From: Candidatus Anstonellales archaeon
GTDB taxonomy: Archaea > Micrarchaeota > Micrarchaeia > Anstonellales > J096
DNA: 64,000 bases
Direction: 5' to 3'
Assembly: GCA_038890745.1 (NCBI GenBank)
Contig: JAWAFD010000002.1
Span: 64,001-128,000, forward strand
In this document: positions 29,735 through 40,805 of the stretch, piece after piece
How positions within the stretch are numbered: the first letter of the stretch is position 1
Layout of the letters: each line of letters begins with the position of its first letter
Position numbers and translations under genes: made by a program
Notes under the pieces: model-generated
The model's input: the letters and a program-made list of their open reading frames with translations, nothing else
Databases searched by the model: none
Told to the model about the DNA's origin: nothing

Positions 29735-32206
29735 CTACACAGTGTCAACATCATCCTCTTTTGGGGCGATGTCGTAGATTTCTGTTTTTGCGAGCATTGG
29801 GTCCTTCCCATCGCCCCCATAAATGTACTGGATAACTTTTCCGTCTGCATCCCTTACACTCAGGTCGCTGGCAACCGTAAGGTCCTGTAGCGCATTTATA
29901 AGCCTTCTCTGCATGTATCCGCTCCTTGCTGTTCTTATTGCAGTATTCACCAACGATTCCCTTCCTCCCATTGCGTGGTGGAAGAACTCATCCGGCTCAA
30001 GCCCTTTTCTAAATCCGTTTGCCACAAACCCGCGCTCTCTCGCAGTAAGCTCTCCGGGCTTGAAGAATACGAGGGTTCTCTTATTGTACCCTCTCTTTAG
30101 TCTTTTATTCCTCACTGCCTGTTGCCCTAGAAGGGCACTCATTTGTATAGCATTCAGTAGAGAACCCCTTGATCCGATTTTGGCCATGATTATGGATGGG
30201 TTCTCCTTTCCAAGAGACTTCTCCACAACCTCACCCACAGCGTCTCTTGTTTTAGAGCCGAGCGACATGATCTGGCTTTCCAGCGTTTCTCTCAAAGTAA
30301 GCCCCGGGCTTCTTTCCAGCGTTCCGTTCTTGTATTGTACTATCAGGTTTTCTATCTCTCTTCTCATTTTTTCAACAAGTTTGTTTACTTCAGCCCTCGC
30401 TTCAGGGCTGAGCTTGTAGCTTCTTAATGAAACACTGAGCCCATGCATTGTAAGACATTCAAGTGCCATCTTTGTAAGCGAATCCAAAAACCATTTTGTA
30501 TATTCCGGCCCTTTTGTAAGGAATATTTTTTCTAGCAACTCGCCCTCGGCCCCTTTGCTTTCCACAGCTCCTTTGATGAGCTCGCCGTTTTTTATTACGA
30601 CCCTCTCCCCAAGCCTTGAGGTATAGGAAACATTAAGGTCTTTTGGGAGCAGGCAGGAAAAAATACTTCTTCCAGAATAATTTTTACCTCTATCTGGTTT
30701 GGGAAGTTTATCTATCCCAGCGAGGTAGAGAAGTTTTGCTGCCTCATCCTTTGTGAATTCCGCATCCTCTCTTGTCAAAAAATAGATTCCAGAGACATGA
30801 TCCTCCTGCGGTTTTATGATGGCATGTCCGTGCCTTGGTGATATTATCTGCTTCTCAACCTTTGCAAGCTCCAATGCCTCAGCTCTTGCCTCTTCTGTTT
30901 GTATGGCATGAAGGTTCATCTCATCGCCATCAAAATCAGCGTTATAAGGAGGGCACACGGCTGGGTTAAGCCTAAATGTTTTTCCAGGGATTACTTTTAC
31001 CCTGTGAGCCATCATACTGATTCTATGCAGGGATGGCTGCCTGTTGAACAGTACAATATCCCCATCTTTTATATTCCTTTCTACAACCCACCCAACTTTT
31101 ACCTCCTCAAGAACTTTTTCTCTTGTCTGCTCCCCTACCTTTATTTTTCTTCCATCACTCCTTATCACATACAGAGCCCTCGGGTAGTCTGTTCTTTTTA
31201 TCAGCTCCTTTGCATACTCAATGTTCCATTCAGTAATCGGAACAGGAACGGTGAGTTCGTTCGCGACAGCTTGAGGAACTCCAACCTCATCTATGGATAT
31301 TCTCGGGTCTGGAGAGATCACCGTTCTTGCCGAAAAGTTTACTCTCTTCCCGCTGAGGTTGTATCTAAATCTCCCCTCCTTCCCCTTCAATCTCTGCGCA
31401 AGCGTTTTGAGCGGTCTCCCACTCCTGTGTCTGGCCGGAGGGATGTTTGCTGTTTCATTATCAAAAAAAGTTGTGATGTGATACTGAAGAAGCTGCCACA
31501 GGTCCTCTATAATCAACTGCGGCGCGCCGGCGTTTATGTTTGCCTCCAATTTCTGGTTTATTCTAATAATATCAACGAGCTTGTGCGTTAGATCATCCTC
31601 GCTCTTCTCTCCACTCTCAAGAGTGATGGATGGTCTTACTGTTACCGGAGGAACCGGAAGAACTGTCAGAACCATCCACTCAGGCCTTGCTGCCTCAGGG
31701 TCTATTCCCAGTTCTCTTACATCTTCGTTGCTTATCCCCGCCAACCAGTCCCGTACTTCGCTAGGAAGAAGCTCCTTTTTCCCAAGATAAAATGAGGTCG
31801 GCTTAACGAATTTAAGCTCCTCAACTTCTGCCCCACACTCAGGGCATTTGTTCGGCCTTTCCCCCTTTTTCGTGAGAATAATTTTATGGCACTTTGGGCA
31901 TGTTGCCTTCAGTATGTAATATATTATTTTAGCGAATTGGACATGCACAACTGGCCTTACAAGCTCTATGTACCCAAAATGACCATGGCATTCTTTTATG
32001 CTCCCTCCGCATGTTTTGCATTTTAACCCTGGGTCAACAACACCCATCCTTGGGTCCATAAGCCCTCCATCTATGGGATAGCCATCATCATCATAAGTAT
32101 CCGGAACATCTATCTTCGCAACTGCCATCTTTCTTATTGTTTCTGGTGAGAATATTGAAAATTTTATTTTTTCTATAAAATATTCAGATGGGTTGTAGTG
32201 AAGCAT
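29735..32206 (-). CDS. rpoA1: RNA polymerase subunit A' (Rpo1N)
   Basis: CKTCG..CHGHFG, GKRVNFSART, NRQPSLH, NADFDGDEMN, TARSGYMQRRL; start ATG 32206 or GTG 32215. Confidence 0.97.
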   Translation of the reverse strand: MLHYNPSEYFIEKIKFSIFSPETIRKMAVAKIDVPDTYDDDGYPIDGGLMDPRMGVVDPGLKCKTCGGSIKECHGHFGYIELVRPVVHVQFAKIIYYILKATCPKCHKIILTKKGERPNKCPECGAEVEELKFVKPTSFYLGKKELLPSEVRDWLAGISNEDVRELGIDPEAARPEWMVLTVLPVPPVTVRPSITLESGEKSEDDLTHKLVDIIRINQKLEANINAGAPQLIIEDLWQLLQYHITTFFDNETANIPPARHRSGRPLKTLAQRLKGKEGRFRYNLSGKRVNFSARTVISPDPRISIDEVGVPQAVANELTVPVPITEWNIEYAKELIKRTDYPRALYVIRSDGRKIKVGEQTREKVLEEVKVGWVVERNIKDGDIVLFNRQPSLHRISMMAHRVKVIPGKTFRLNPAVCPPYNADFDGDEMNLHAIQTEEARAEALELAKVEKQIISPRHGHAIIKPQEDHVSGIYFLTREDAEFTKDEAAKLLYLAGIDKLPKPDRGKNYSGRSIFSCLLPKDLNVSYTSRLGERVVIKNGELIKGAVESKGAEGELLEKIFLTKGPEYTKWFLDSLTKMALECLTMHGLSVSLRSYKLSPEARAEVNKLVEKMRREIENLIVQYKNGTLERSPGLTLRETLESQIMSLGSKTRDAVGEVVEKSLGKENPSIIMAKIGSRGSLLNAIQMSALLGQQAVRNKRLKRGYNKRTLVFFKPGELTARERGFVANGFRKGLEPDEFFHHAMGGRESLVNTAIRTARSGYMQRRLINALQDLTVASDLSVRDADGKVIQYIYGGDGKDPMLAKTEIYDIAPKEDDVDTV

Positions 32207-32207
32207 G

Positions 32208-34046
32208 CTATTCACTCTCCCCCCTTTCTTTTATTACTATGTGCGGGAATATCCCCATTGACTGGATCTCATCTACCAAAAGCTTGAACGCATAGCTCAT
32301 CTCAACCTCTCCTATGTTCTCACCTTTGCAAACACTACAATAGCTCCTTTTCTTTATATAATCTGTTATTGCAATCCCTCCACAATCCTTACATATTAGC
32401 ATGGATGTTTTGTCGCTCTCCTCCAAAAGCCTTTCCCTTATCAACATACTTGCTCCATACCCTATCAGGCAATCCCTTTCCATCTCCCCGAACCTAAGTC
32501 CTCCTTCTCTTGCCCTTCCTTCTGTTGGCTGCAAGGTTAGGAGTTGGACCGGTCCTCTGCTCCTTACATGCATTTTGTTTGAGACAAGATGATGTAATCT
32601 CTGATAATAAACGATCCCAACAAATATTTTTACTTTTAGCGGTTTTCCAGTCTCTCCATCGTACATTATCTCTTCTCCATACTCATCAAACCCTGCTTCT
32701 TTCAGAATTTTTGTATACTCCTCCTCTTTGGTTCCGCTGAATGCCGTACCATCCATAAGCTTTCCGGCAATGGCAGCTGCCTTCCCGCCGAGCATCTCTA
32801 ATAAGTGGCCCGCAGTCATCCTGCTCGGTATCGCGTGCGGGTTTATTATCAAATCCGGTACAATTCCATCCTTTGTAAAAGGCATCTCTTCATGGTTGAG
32901 GATAAGACCTATTACTCCTTTCTGTCCATGCCTCGATGCTAGTTTGTCACCTACCTCCGGAACTTTCGGAGACCTTAATCTTACTTTTATTACTTTGTTT
33001 CCTGTTACTCCCTCAGTAATCATTACCGCGTCAACCTTTCCCTTTTCACCGGCCTTTACGGCTAGCGAGTTCTCCCTCTTTTTTTCCTCTATAACACCGA
33101 ATATTGAAACCTCCTCCAAAAATCTTGGAGGGGATGTTTTTCCTACAAGAACATCACGCGGGCCTACAACACTCTCCGGAATAACCACCCCATCCTCATC
33201 AAGGTGCCTGTACGCTTCCTCTCCCCTATACCCCACAACATCCGGGGTTGGAATCTCGACCTTATCTTTCTGCCCCCCGGGATATGTTCTCTCTTCTGTT
33301 TCATACGTTCTGAACATCACAACCCTACCAAGCCCTCTGTCTATCGCGCCCTTTGAAATTATAATTCCATCCGCCATATTATATCCAGAGTAGGTTGCAA
33401 GAGCAACCACAAAATTCTGTCCAGCTGCCCTAGAGCCGAGGTTTAGCGCAGTGTGTAAATCCGTCCTAACAGCTGGTTCTTGCGGGTAGTACATTACATA
33501 TGCCCGGGTGTCAAAACGCTGATTATAGTTTGAGGCATAAAGCCCTAGACTCTGCTTTGTCATGGAACATGCCATCGTGATTCTCGGAGAAGAATTATAT
33601 TCCGGATATGGAAGAACAGAGGAAACAACGCTGAATATCGTTGAGGGATCTATTTCTAAGTGGGTGTGCTCTGGAGTTAATTCCTCCTCCCTTATTGCAA
33701 CATACGCATTCTCCTCCTCTTCAGCATCTAAATACTCTATTACACCCATTTTAATCAGATGACTCCAGGTAAGCTGCTTTTTCTTCAGCCTTTCAAGAAT
33801 CTCAGGGGTTAATTTTGATTTGCCTTTCTCAACAACAATGTATGGCCTTCTCACCCTTCCCCTATCTGTGTTTATAAAAAGCTCGTTCGTCTGCTCTCTG
33901 AAATAAACATTAACCTGGGAGCTGAGTTCGTTCATTCTTCTTTTTTCTCTTAATCTTTCTGCGAGCCCCTTCCCATCTTTATGGTACCCTACAAGCCTTC
34001 CATTCAGATATACAATTGTTCTTTCACCCTTCTTCATTCTCTTCAC
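32208..34046 (-). CDS. rpoB1: RNA polymerase subunit B' (Rpo2C)
   Basis: GDKLASRHGQKG, NPHAIPSRMT, QPTEGRAREGGLRFGEMERD; start may be ATG 34037. Confidence 0.96.
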   Translation of the reverse strand: MKRMKKGERTIVYLNGRLVGYHKDGKGLAERLREKRRMNELSSQVNVYFREQTNELFINTDRGRVRRPYIVVEKGKSKLTPEILERLKKKQLTWSHLIKMGVIEYLDAEEEENAYVAIREEELTPEHTHLEIDPSTIFSVVSSVLPYPEYNSSPRITMACSMTKQSLGLYASNYNQRFDTRAYVMYYPQEPAVRTDLHTALNLGSRAAGQNFVVALATYSGYNMADGIIISKGAIDRGLGRVVMFRTYETEERTYPGGQKDKVEIPTPDVVGYRGEEAYRHLDEDGVVIPESVVGPRDVLVGKTSPPRFLEEVSIFGVIEEKKRENSLAVKAGEKGKVDAVMITEGVTGNKVIKVRLRSPKVPEVGDKLASRHGQKGVIGLILNHEEMPFTKDGIVPDLIINPHAIPSRMTAGHLLEMLGGKAAAIAGKLMDGTAFSGTKEEEYTKILKEAGFDEYGEEIMYDGETGKPLKVKIFVGIVYYQRLHHLVSNKMHVRSRGPVQLLTLQPTEGRAREGGLRFGEMERDCLIGYGASMLIRERLLEESDKTSMLICKDCGGIAITDYIKKRSYCSVCKGENIGEVEMSYAFKLLVDEIQSMGIFPHIVIKERGESE

Positions 34047-35504
34047 CTATTCTTTTTCAATTCCAAATGATTTTAGCAATTCTTCAACCGGTGCCTCATC
34101 AGTCCCGACTGAAACCTCTGCAAAAATCGCAAGGTTTTTTACAAGAGAACAGCTGGGTCCTTCTGGTGTTTCGCTTGGGCATATCTTTCCGTAATGGGTC
34201 CCGTGCAGGTCCCTTGCTTTAAAGTGCGGATGTCTCCTGCTAAGCGGAGAGATTACCCTTCTTCTGTGTGAAAGGCTTGCTATGTAGCTCGTTCTATCAA
34301 GAAGCTGGCTTACTCCCGTCTGCCCGGCTATCCAGTTTCCTGTTGCCATTGCATACCTTATCCTGTCGCTGAGAGCGTCCTGCCTTACGAGTGTGTGCAC
34401 CTGCAGTCTTCTTCCTCGTGCATCTGCCCTGCTTGCCTGATAAACAATATCTTTTGTAAGGAACTGGAACGCATACCTGAAAAGCTCTTCCATCAGGTCT
34501 CCGGCAAGTTTTACTCTTTTGTTTCCGTAATGGTCCTTGTCGTCCGGCGGAAGTTTTTTGTGATATACAAGCGTTGTTCTCTCAGCCATTCTTACCAAAT
34601 AAATTATTTTTCTTTCTCTATCCGCTTTATCTGTTCCAAGGTGCGGAAGAAGGTAGCTATCTATAAGGCTCCACATTCTGTTGAGCCTGTATTCTTCCGG
34701 TTGACCCGGTGAGAGCCTTCTGCTTAGATAATCTACTGGGTCTTCGTAATTCATTGCTTTTTCATATTCAATATTTAGCAGAACATCATTCTGTATAAGT
34801 ATATTTTTTGTGAAAGAGTTCTTTATCTCCTTCATTTCTGCTCCAAGCACCTGTAGAACAGTAAACAAGGATATTCCGGGCGCAGAAGCAGGAAAATCGA
34901 TTAACCATCTTCCATCCTTATTCCTTGAAACAACACACCTCGCCCTGAACCCATGCCTTGTTGAGAAAACTTTTGCAACAACCTCCTTTCCCTCTTCTAC
35001 TGTTGTTAGGATTTTGTTCGGTACCAAATCCTCAACGCTTACAAGCACCCTTTCGCTTCCGTTTATTATGAAATACCCGCCAGGATCCTCTGGATCCTCT
35101 CCTGCTTCTACAAGCTCCTCCTTTGACATTTTTGAGAGATGGCAGAGTTTTGATTTTACCATAACCGGCAGTTCGCCTATGAAAACATCAGAGTAAACAG
35201 GTCTCTCTATCCCGTTGAAAACCGGAGTCATTTCAAGAAAAATCGGGCTCGCGTACGTGATGTTTCTGAACCTGCATTCAGAAGGAAGGATTGTTCTATA
35301 TCCTCCTCTAACTTCATAAAACCTTGGGGGTTCTATCCTGATCTTCCCCAATTTTATCTCAAACCCCTCAACATTTGTGCTCAATTTTCCAACACGGTCT
35401 ATTACTTCCTGCATTCCGGTTTCTATGAATTTGTTGTACGAGTCAAGATGCTGTTTAACAAGGCTGTTTTCCTGGAAATAAGCCTCGATCATTCCTTTTA
35501 CCAT
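34047..35504 (-). CDS. rpoB2: RNA polymerase subunit B'' (Rpo2N)
   Basis: QHLDSYNKF, DPGGYFIINGSERV, DDKDHYGNKR, CPSETPEG..LVKNL. Confidence 0.96.
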   Translation of the reverse strand: MVKGMIEAYFQENSLVKQHLDSYNKFIETGMQEVIDRVGKLSTNVEGFEIKLGKIRIEPPRFYEVRGGYRTILPSECRFRNITYASPIFLEMTPVFNGIERPVYSDVFIGELPVMVKSKLCHLSKMSKEELVEAGEDPEDPGGYFIINGSERVLVSVEDLVPNKILTTVEEGKEVVAKVFSTRHGFRARCVVSRNKDGRWLIDFPASAPGISLFTVLQVLGAEMKEIKNSFTKNILIQNDVLLNIEYEKAMNYEDPVDYLSRRLSPGQPEEYRLNRMWSLIDSYLLPHLGTDKADRERKIIYLVRMAERTTLVYHKKLPPDDKDHYGNKRVKLAGDLMEELFRYAFQFLTKDIVYQASRADARGRRLQVHTLVRQDALSDRIRYAMATGNWIAGQTGVSQLLDRTSYIASLSHRRRVISPLSRRHPHFKARDLHGTHYGKICPSETPEGPSCSLVKNLAIFAEVSVGTDEAPVEELLKSFGIEKE

Positions 35505-35756
35505 TCACTCACCCGGAACTACTATTCTATAATACATATACTTTCCGCTCGGTCCCTCCCTTTCTATCTCTATCACATCCCCAACGTTTGCCTTTAGCGC
35601 CTGCACGGCCGGGTCGGAAAGTAGGATTTTTGCAAGGTTTTTTTCTCCGTATTTTTCAATGACCTCTTTTTTCTTTTTCTCTCCGGCTATTTTCATTTTC
35701 GGGGTAAGGAAATAATTTAGAACATCAACTTCTATTTTTGTTTTTTTTGCCACCAT
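35505..35756 (-). CDS. rpoH: RNA polymerase subunit H (Rpo5)
   Basis: LAKILLSDPAV..GDVIEIER..G...YYRIVV; first gene of the RNAP operon. Confidence 0.92.
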   Translation of the reverse strand: MVAKKTKIEVDVLNYFLTPKMKIAGEKKKKEVIEKYGEKNLAKILLSDPAVQALKANVGDVIEIEREGPSGKYMYYRIVVPGE

Positions 35757-35827
35757 CCCATCCTCCGGAGGAGCCGTCTAGTATAAGGGCTGCACAGATG
35801 CTCTTCATTTTTAAATACGAAATATTT

Positions 35828-38800
35828 TTAAATCTTTTTATTAGGAGAAGAGATGCGCCCGTATATGAGAAACGCAATGATGACAATGACGAGCAACATC
35901 AAAACCAAATAATACCAACAAATATCAGCAATTTTATAGCAGATATTAAACATACAACACTCTTCCTTTGGCGTTGGCTTTGTTGTAACTTCCTTCTCCA
36001 CTTTTTTTGGCTTTTCTATTCCCACAGAAGGTTTTGTGTGAGCATATCCGTATTCTTTTATGCTGGGGAGTAGTTCCAAATAAAATGTATACCTCCCTTC
36101 TTTGGTTGCTGGTACTACAAAACTGCCATCCTCACCAGAAAAAAACCTCCCAATAGAACTGTCTGGGCTGATAACTACTACAATCATTCCTTTCACAGGG
36201 ATACCATCACCGTAAATGATGCCATTAAATCTCTCACCCACCGTAATGTTGTTTGCTATTAAAACAATGGTGTAATTAGTTTGAACGCATTTGTGATTGA
36301 TACATCTTTCGATATCTTCACAATCAGCATCGTTTAGACATTCATAAGGCACACAAACATGGTCTTCTACATATCCGTGCTCGCATTCAATCTTTAAGCA
36401 TAAACCCCCCTCGCAATATTCATCGGAGCCGCAATCAGAGTCAGTTTCACACTCCGGTAAGACTGTGAAATTGAATTCTCTAAAAGCGCGGGCGTCATCG
36501 CTTACTGCCCATGCTTTTAAAACGAAATGCCCTATCTCCATTCCTTTTATGGTTATCGAGCCGTTTTTTGTGTCTCCTTGTGGGATCGTACCCAATGAAG
36601 CATTTCCGCATACAAAATTTTGATGTGGTTCTATGTACAGGTTTAGATTATATTCGCTGTAATCCCCAATGTTTTTTACAAATATCTGAACAACCTTGGG
36701 TTGATTTATTATTGCATACTGTGGTTCTATTGGTTGGATGTATAACTCATGCTCGCGTCTTCCTCCTTTTTTTGGCGGTTGCGGGCCGGCAATTTCTTGT
36801 AGTATCCCGTATATACTTTCTGGATTCGTATTGGTAAGGGAAAGACGATTGCCCGTTGTATCGGGAGTATTATTTAGCATTGTCCAGCCTGAAGAGTTGT
36901 ATTTCCAGAGCTCAAAATTTCTTTCATCATATCCGAATAGTTCAGAGTTCAACCAGTTAAACGAAAGTAGATCTATAGAAACATTTCCAGCGATAGTACT
37001 TATATTTATAAATTTGTTTGCGAAGCTTATTTTGTTTGGGGGTAGATTTGATGGGTTCGGTATCCATTTTATTGAATAACTTTCATCACCTGTTTCTCCC
37101 ATTAGGTCATGAATGTCAATGGACGTGTAGTTCTCAAAACTTCCATTAGGATCGTCTATCGTTATGTTAGAAGCGTTGAGAAGATACCATCCTTCTGGCA
37201 TGCTTGCGCTGCTAACAAAATCTCCAGCGTAGTTGTTGAAAAGATGCAGGTTGTAGGCGTATGTATTGTTTGAATTGTTTATACAAATACCGTACTTTGA
37301 ACTTGATGCGGTGCTGTTGATCAGAATATTCTTTGAGCTATTGAATATCTCTATTGCTGTGGAGAAGTTCATTACTATACAATTTGAGATGATTACATCT
37401 TTTTTTGAAGTGACATTTATGCCAACATCCGCATTGTTGGTCCTATCTCCTAAAAGCACTGAGTTGTTGCAGTCTAGATATATGTTCGATGCGTTTATTA
37501 TGAGTAAAGATTTGTTTGTAGTATAATTATCCATGCATAGTGTTGTATTTTTGTTCACAAAGTAAACTCCGCTTAGATTGACAATCCTGCTGTAGTATGT
37601 AAATGGGTCTGAAAGATTAACACAGGGAGAAGGTTGTGGCCCCATGGAATATCCAGAGAATGCACCAACCGTGGAAAACTGCGCCATATTATTCGCGCAT
37701 GTAAAATGTGTAGGGAATACAATCTCACCATTGTATACTATTTCCTCTTTTGTCGATGGAAAACCATCTTTTTTATATACCGAGTGGCTGCAGTTGGCTT
37801 CTATCGTAATGTTTCCATCTTTGTTGAATTGAGGGGCGTTATCTGAATCCAATGAAACAAAGTCTGGCGCGACTATAAAGTTTGATGCTTCGAGAATGCT
37901 GTCAGAAAGACTCAAAAAATCCCAATCAACACAGCCGATTGTTTCGTTATGGCATATCTTTAAATCTGTGAAATTGTTTGGGTTACCTCCGGTAGGTTCC
38001 TGATACACATATTTTAGAGCTTTTATACCGCTTTTGTTGATATAAATTGTATTTTTTATGAATACATTATCAAATGAGCCGGATCTGGAGTGGATTTGGT
38101 ATTCTTGATTTTCGTAGTAAGTGCTGTTAAAGATTCCAGACCTATTGATCTTGTCCAGTAAAATACCGTTTGTATTATTATGGATAGTGTTGTTGGCTGA
38201 ATGGACGGTGTTGGAATTACTCAAGTAAACTCCATATGTATATCCTGAAATATCACAATTAGAAATAGTGATATTTGAGTAGGTTTGGGTGAGAGAGCCA
38301 TTTATTATAATTCCTGCTGAGTCAGCTATCCCAGAATTTCTTATACTATACCCTTTACAATCAAAAACAACATCCGAAGCGGATATTAAAATACAAGCCT
38401 TTGATATGCCGGGAATATTAGGAACGTCTATTGGTGCGCCCGTGATATTCTTCTTTATATAATGCTCACCCGAATAATTTATTATCATACAAGAGGAATT
38501 ATACTCAAGTATTCCATAATCAGAGCTCGGGTTAAGATTGGTCAAAGAGAGAGTATTGGAGGATACATCAGGACTGCCATTCAATTGTGACCATGAGCCC
38601 CCATCGTACATCCACAGTTCAAAAGAGTTTTCATCATAATACCCACCGAGCAGCTCATCATCCGTCCAGTGCCAGGATACGCTGTCGATTGAAACAGTTC
38701 CTTTCTCGGGTTTTATTTTAACGTACTTATTTTGGAATGATATGAAGCGGGTTGGAAGGCTTGATGGAGTAGTAGTCCAATTTATAGAGTATTCTGTGTT

Positions 38801-40759
38801 TGGTTCTACCACATCCGCTATGCTCAAAGATGTATAATTCTCATAATTGCCAGACGGGTTGTCAAAAGTAACATTTGATAATTCTACCAAGAAAGATGAG
38901 TCATCCGCCGAAACATAAAACGACCTAGTATTATTATAGAAATGAACATTAGAAAGACTTGCACTTGAATTTTGGGTACAAACCCCGTTCTCAGCACTGT
39001 GTATGCTGCCACCAATTATGGTTGTGTTTTTTGTGTCGTTGATTGAAAACCCATGTGTTGCATTGTAAGCCGTGTTGTTTATGAAGGAATTGTTTGCTGA
39101 ACCATCTACTAAAATAAAAGCATTATCACTAGAATATACAATATTATCATAGAAATTGTTGTTCGAACTTAACCTAATATATATGCTGTGTCCATTATCA
39201 TGGACAATATTCCCCCTGAAAACGTTTTCGTGCGATTCATACAGAGCTATTCCATAGGCACTGGTGTTTGCTGAGTTATTAAATAGCATGTTGTTTCTAT
39301 TCGAAACAACATAAAAACAGTAAGAGGAGTTGTAGCATTTATTTTCTGATACGTTAATTCTGGATGAGAAAGATGTTATCAGAAAAGAATAAAGGGAATC
39401 AAATCCAGTGTTATTATAAAGTAGGGAATCATTGGAGGAATAAATCTGTATATTAAAATTGTGGTTGGTGTAGATTGCATTGCCGCTAACCTTTATTCTT
39501 GAGGAGTTATAGATGTTCAATCCTCGGCTGTTGTTGTATACCTCATTTTCAGATACATTACAATCAGATGCTACTATGGTTATGCCCTCCCGCGTGTTAT
39601 TGTAGATTGAGTTTTTTTCTACAATAGTATTGTTTGCTCGAACAGTTATCCCATATGAACTATCAAAAACACGATTATTAATCACAAAGTTACCCTCCAA
39701 AGCAGAATTGCTCAGATATATACTGTAATCATTCCAGTAAACTGTATTATCCTCAATCATGTTCATACTTGAGAAATCGTGAACTTGAATACCATACTTT
39801 CCTATGTAAATGTTATTTTGTGACAGAATATTTCTACTAGCGGAATACAAATAAACTATTCTATCCCCTTCACTTAGATTATTATAAGATATGTTGTTCG
39901 AGTTTCCGTTCAGGTATATCGCGTAGTATACGTCAGATATATCATTACCCATGACTGAGTTGTTGTTTGAATTTTGAAAGATGTATATCCCTCCTGTTGC
40001 ATTTTTTATTGTGTTATTTTTTATTGTATTATTTGTATTTCCTTCCGTGTACAGTATGATTCCACCGTAACTGCTGTTATAGAGTAGATTGTGCTCAATA
40101 ATGTTATGATGACTATTACGTAAGAAAAACCCATTTGTCAATTCTTTTATGTAATTATCCCTAAACAAATTATAAGTTGAATTAGCAACAGAAAAACCGT
40201 TCAAATGATTTGCATTGCCGATAGTTGAGATATTGTTACCAACAAAGCTGCTTGACCCGGTGGTAGAGATAAAAAAACTAGCATACGCGTTATTACTTAA
40301 CGTGTTATTCTCAAAAATGCAATTAGAAATGTTGGATGTAACTATTCCACTATAATTGTTTTCACTGATGTTGTTATTTATCACGTTTATTTCTAGCGAA
40401 TCTTGGATGACTATCCCATAGAAAAAATTATTTATTATGCAATTCTTTATTGTAAAGTTGAAGGTTTCGTTTGATGAAATGATAATACCAGACGTTTGGT
40501 TACCTAAATTTCCTGTTATTGAGTGGAACTGACAATCAAAGGTTTTGTTTCTGGCATTTAAGTTTTGAATACAAGTATCGCTGCTTGATATATCCGATCC
40601 GAGCCTCACTTCAAAATAACAATCGACATAATCGTTAAGCGCATTAGTGCAGTCACCACAATTTGAGCATTCGCAGACACCACCACCTATCGGGGTGTAT
40701 GCCCCAACAAAAGAAAAAAGCATCAAAAAAATAAAAAACTCAGATATGCGCATACACAC
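35828..40759 (-). CDS. Large surface protein with parallel beta-helix (NosD/pectin-lyase-like) repeats, CARDB-like and Cys-rich domains, C-terminal TM
   Basis: Signal peptide, Asn-rich NNxIxxNxxGI repeats, duplicated module (ENYTS..FELW.Y..LSLTN.NP.S.YGIL), VKNIGDY, CETDSDC, C-terminal TM. Confidence 0.85.
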   Translation of the reverse strand: MCMRISEFFIFLMLFSFVGAYTPIGGGVCECSNCGDCTNALNDYVDCYFEVRLGSDISSSDTCIQNLNARNKTFDCQFHSITGNLGNQTSGIIISSNETFNFTIKNCIINNFFYGIVIQDSLEINVINNNISENNYSGIVTSNISNCIFENNTLSNNAYASFFISTTGSSSFVGNNISTIGNANHLNGFSVANSTYNLFRDNYIKELTNGFFLRNSHHNIIEHNLLYNSSYGGIILYTEGNTNNTIKNNTIKNATGGIYIFQNSNNNSVMGNDISDVYYAIYLNGNSNNISYNNLSEGDRIVYLYSASRNILSQNNIYIGKYGIQVHDFSSMNMIEDNTVYWNDYSIYLSNSALEGNFVINNRVFDSSYGITVRANNTIVEKNSIYNNTREGITIVASDCNVSENEVYNNSRGLNIYNSSRIKVSGNAIYTNHNFNIQIYSSNDSLLYNNTGFDSLYSFLITSFSSRINVSENKCYNSSYCFYVVSNRNNMLFNNSANTSAYGIALYESHENVFRGNIVHDNGHSIYIRLSSNNNFYDNIVYSSDNAFILVDGSANNSFINNTAYNATHGFSINDTKNTTIIGGSIHSAENGVCTQNSSASLSNVHFYNNTRSFYVSADDSSFLVELSNVTFDNPSGNYENYTSLSIADVVEPNTEYSINWTTTPSSLPTRFISFQNKYVKIKPEKGTVSIDSVSWHWTDDELLGGYYDENSFELWMYDGGSWSQLNGSPDVSSNTLSLTNLNPSSDYGILEYNSSCMIINYSGEHYIKKNITGAPIDVPNIPGISKACILISASDVVFDCKGYSIRNSGIADSAGIIINGSLTQTYSNITISNCDISGYTYGVYLSNSNTVHSANNTIHNNTNGILLDKINRSGIFNSTYYENQEYQIHSRSGSFDNVFIKNTIYINKSGIKALKYVYQEPTGGNPNNFTDLKICHNETIGCVDWDFLSLSDSILEASNFIVAPDFVSLDSDNAPQFNKDGNITIEANCSHSVYKKDGFPSTKEEIVYNGEIVFPTHFTCANNMAQFSTVGAFSGYSMGPQPSPCVNLSDPFTYYSRIVNLSGVYFVNKNTTLCMDNYTTNKSLLIINASNIYLDCNNSVLLGDRTNNADVGINVTSKKDVIISNCIVMNFSTAIEIFNSSKNILINSTASSSKYGICINNSNNTYAYNLHLFNNYAGDFVSSASMPEGWYLLNASNITIDDPNGSFENYTSIDIHDLMGETGDESYSIKWIPNPSNLPPNKISFANKFINISTIAGNVSIDLLSFNWLNSELFGYDERNFELWKYNSSGWTMLNNTPDTTGNRLSLTNTNPESIYGILQEIAGPQPPKKGGRREHELYIQPIEPQYAIINQPKVVQIFVKNIGDYSEYNLNLYIEPHQNFVCGNASLGTIPQGDTKNGSITIKGMEIGHFVLKAWAVSDDARAFREFNFTVLPECETDSDCGSDEYCEGGLCLKIECEHGYVEDHVCVPYECLNDADCEDIERCINHKCVQTNYTIVLIANNITVGERFNGIIYGDGIPVKGMIVVVISPDSSIGRFFSGEDGSFVVPATKEGRYTFYLELLPSIKEYGYAHTKPSVGIEKPKKVEKEVTTKPTPKEECCMFNICYKIADICWYYLVLMLLVIVIIAFLIYGRISSPNKKI

Positions 40760-40805
40760 AACTCATATAAAAAAAATAAAAATATATCGGTTAGCGAGTA
40801 GTATT

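Noticed and set aside
27276..35504. Split rpoA and rpoB genes as pseudogenes
   Set aside because: The A'/A'' and B''/B' splits are standard in many archaea, and all catalytic motifs are intact
35761..35772. 12-bp palindrome TCCTCCGGAGGA upstream of rpoH
   Set aside because: It overlaps the GGAGG RBS and has no independent support as an operator or attenuator
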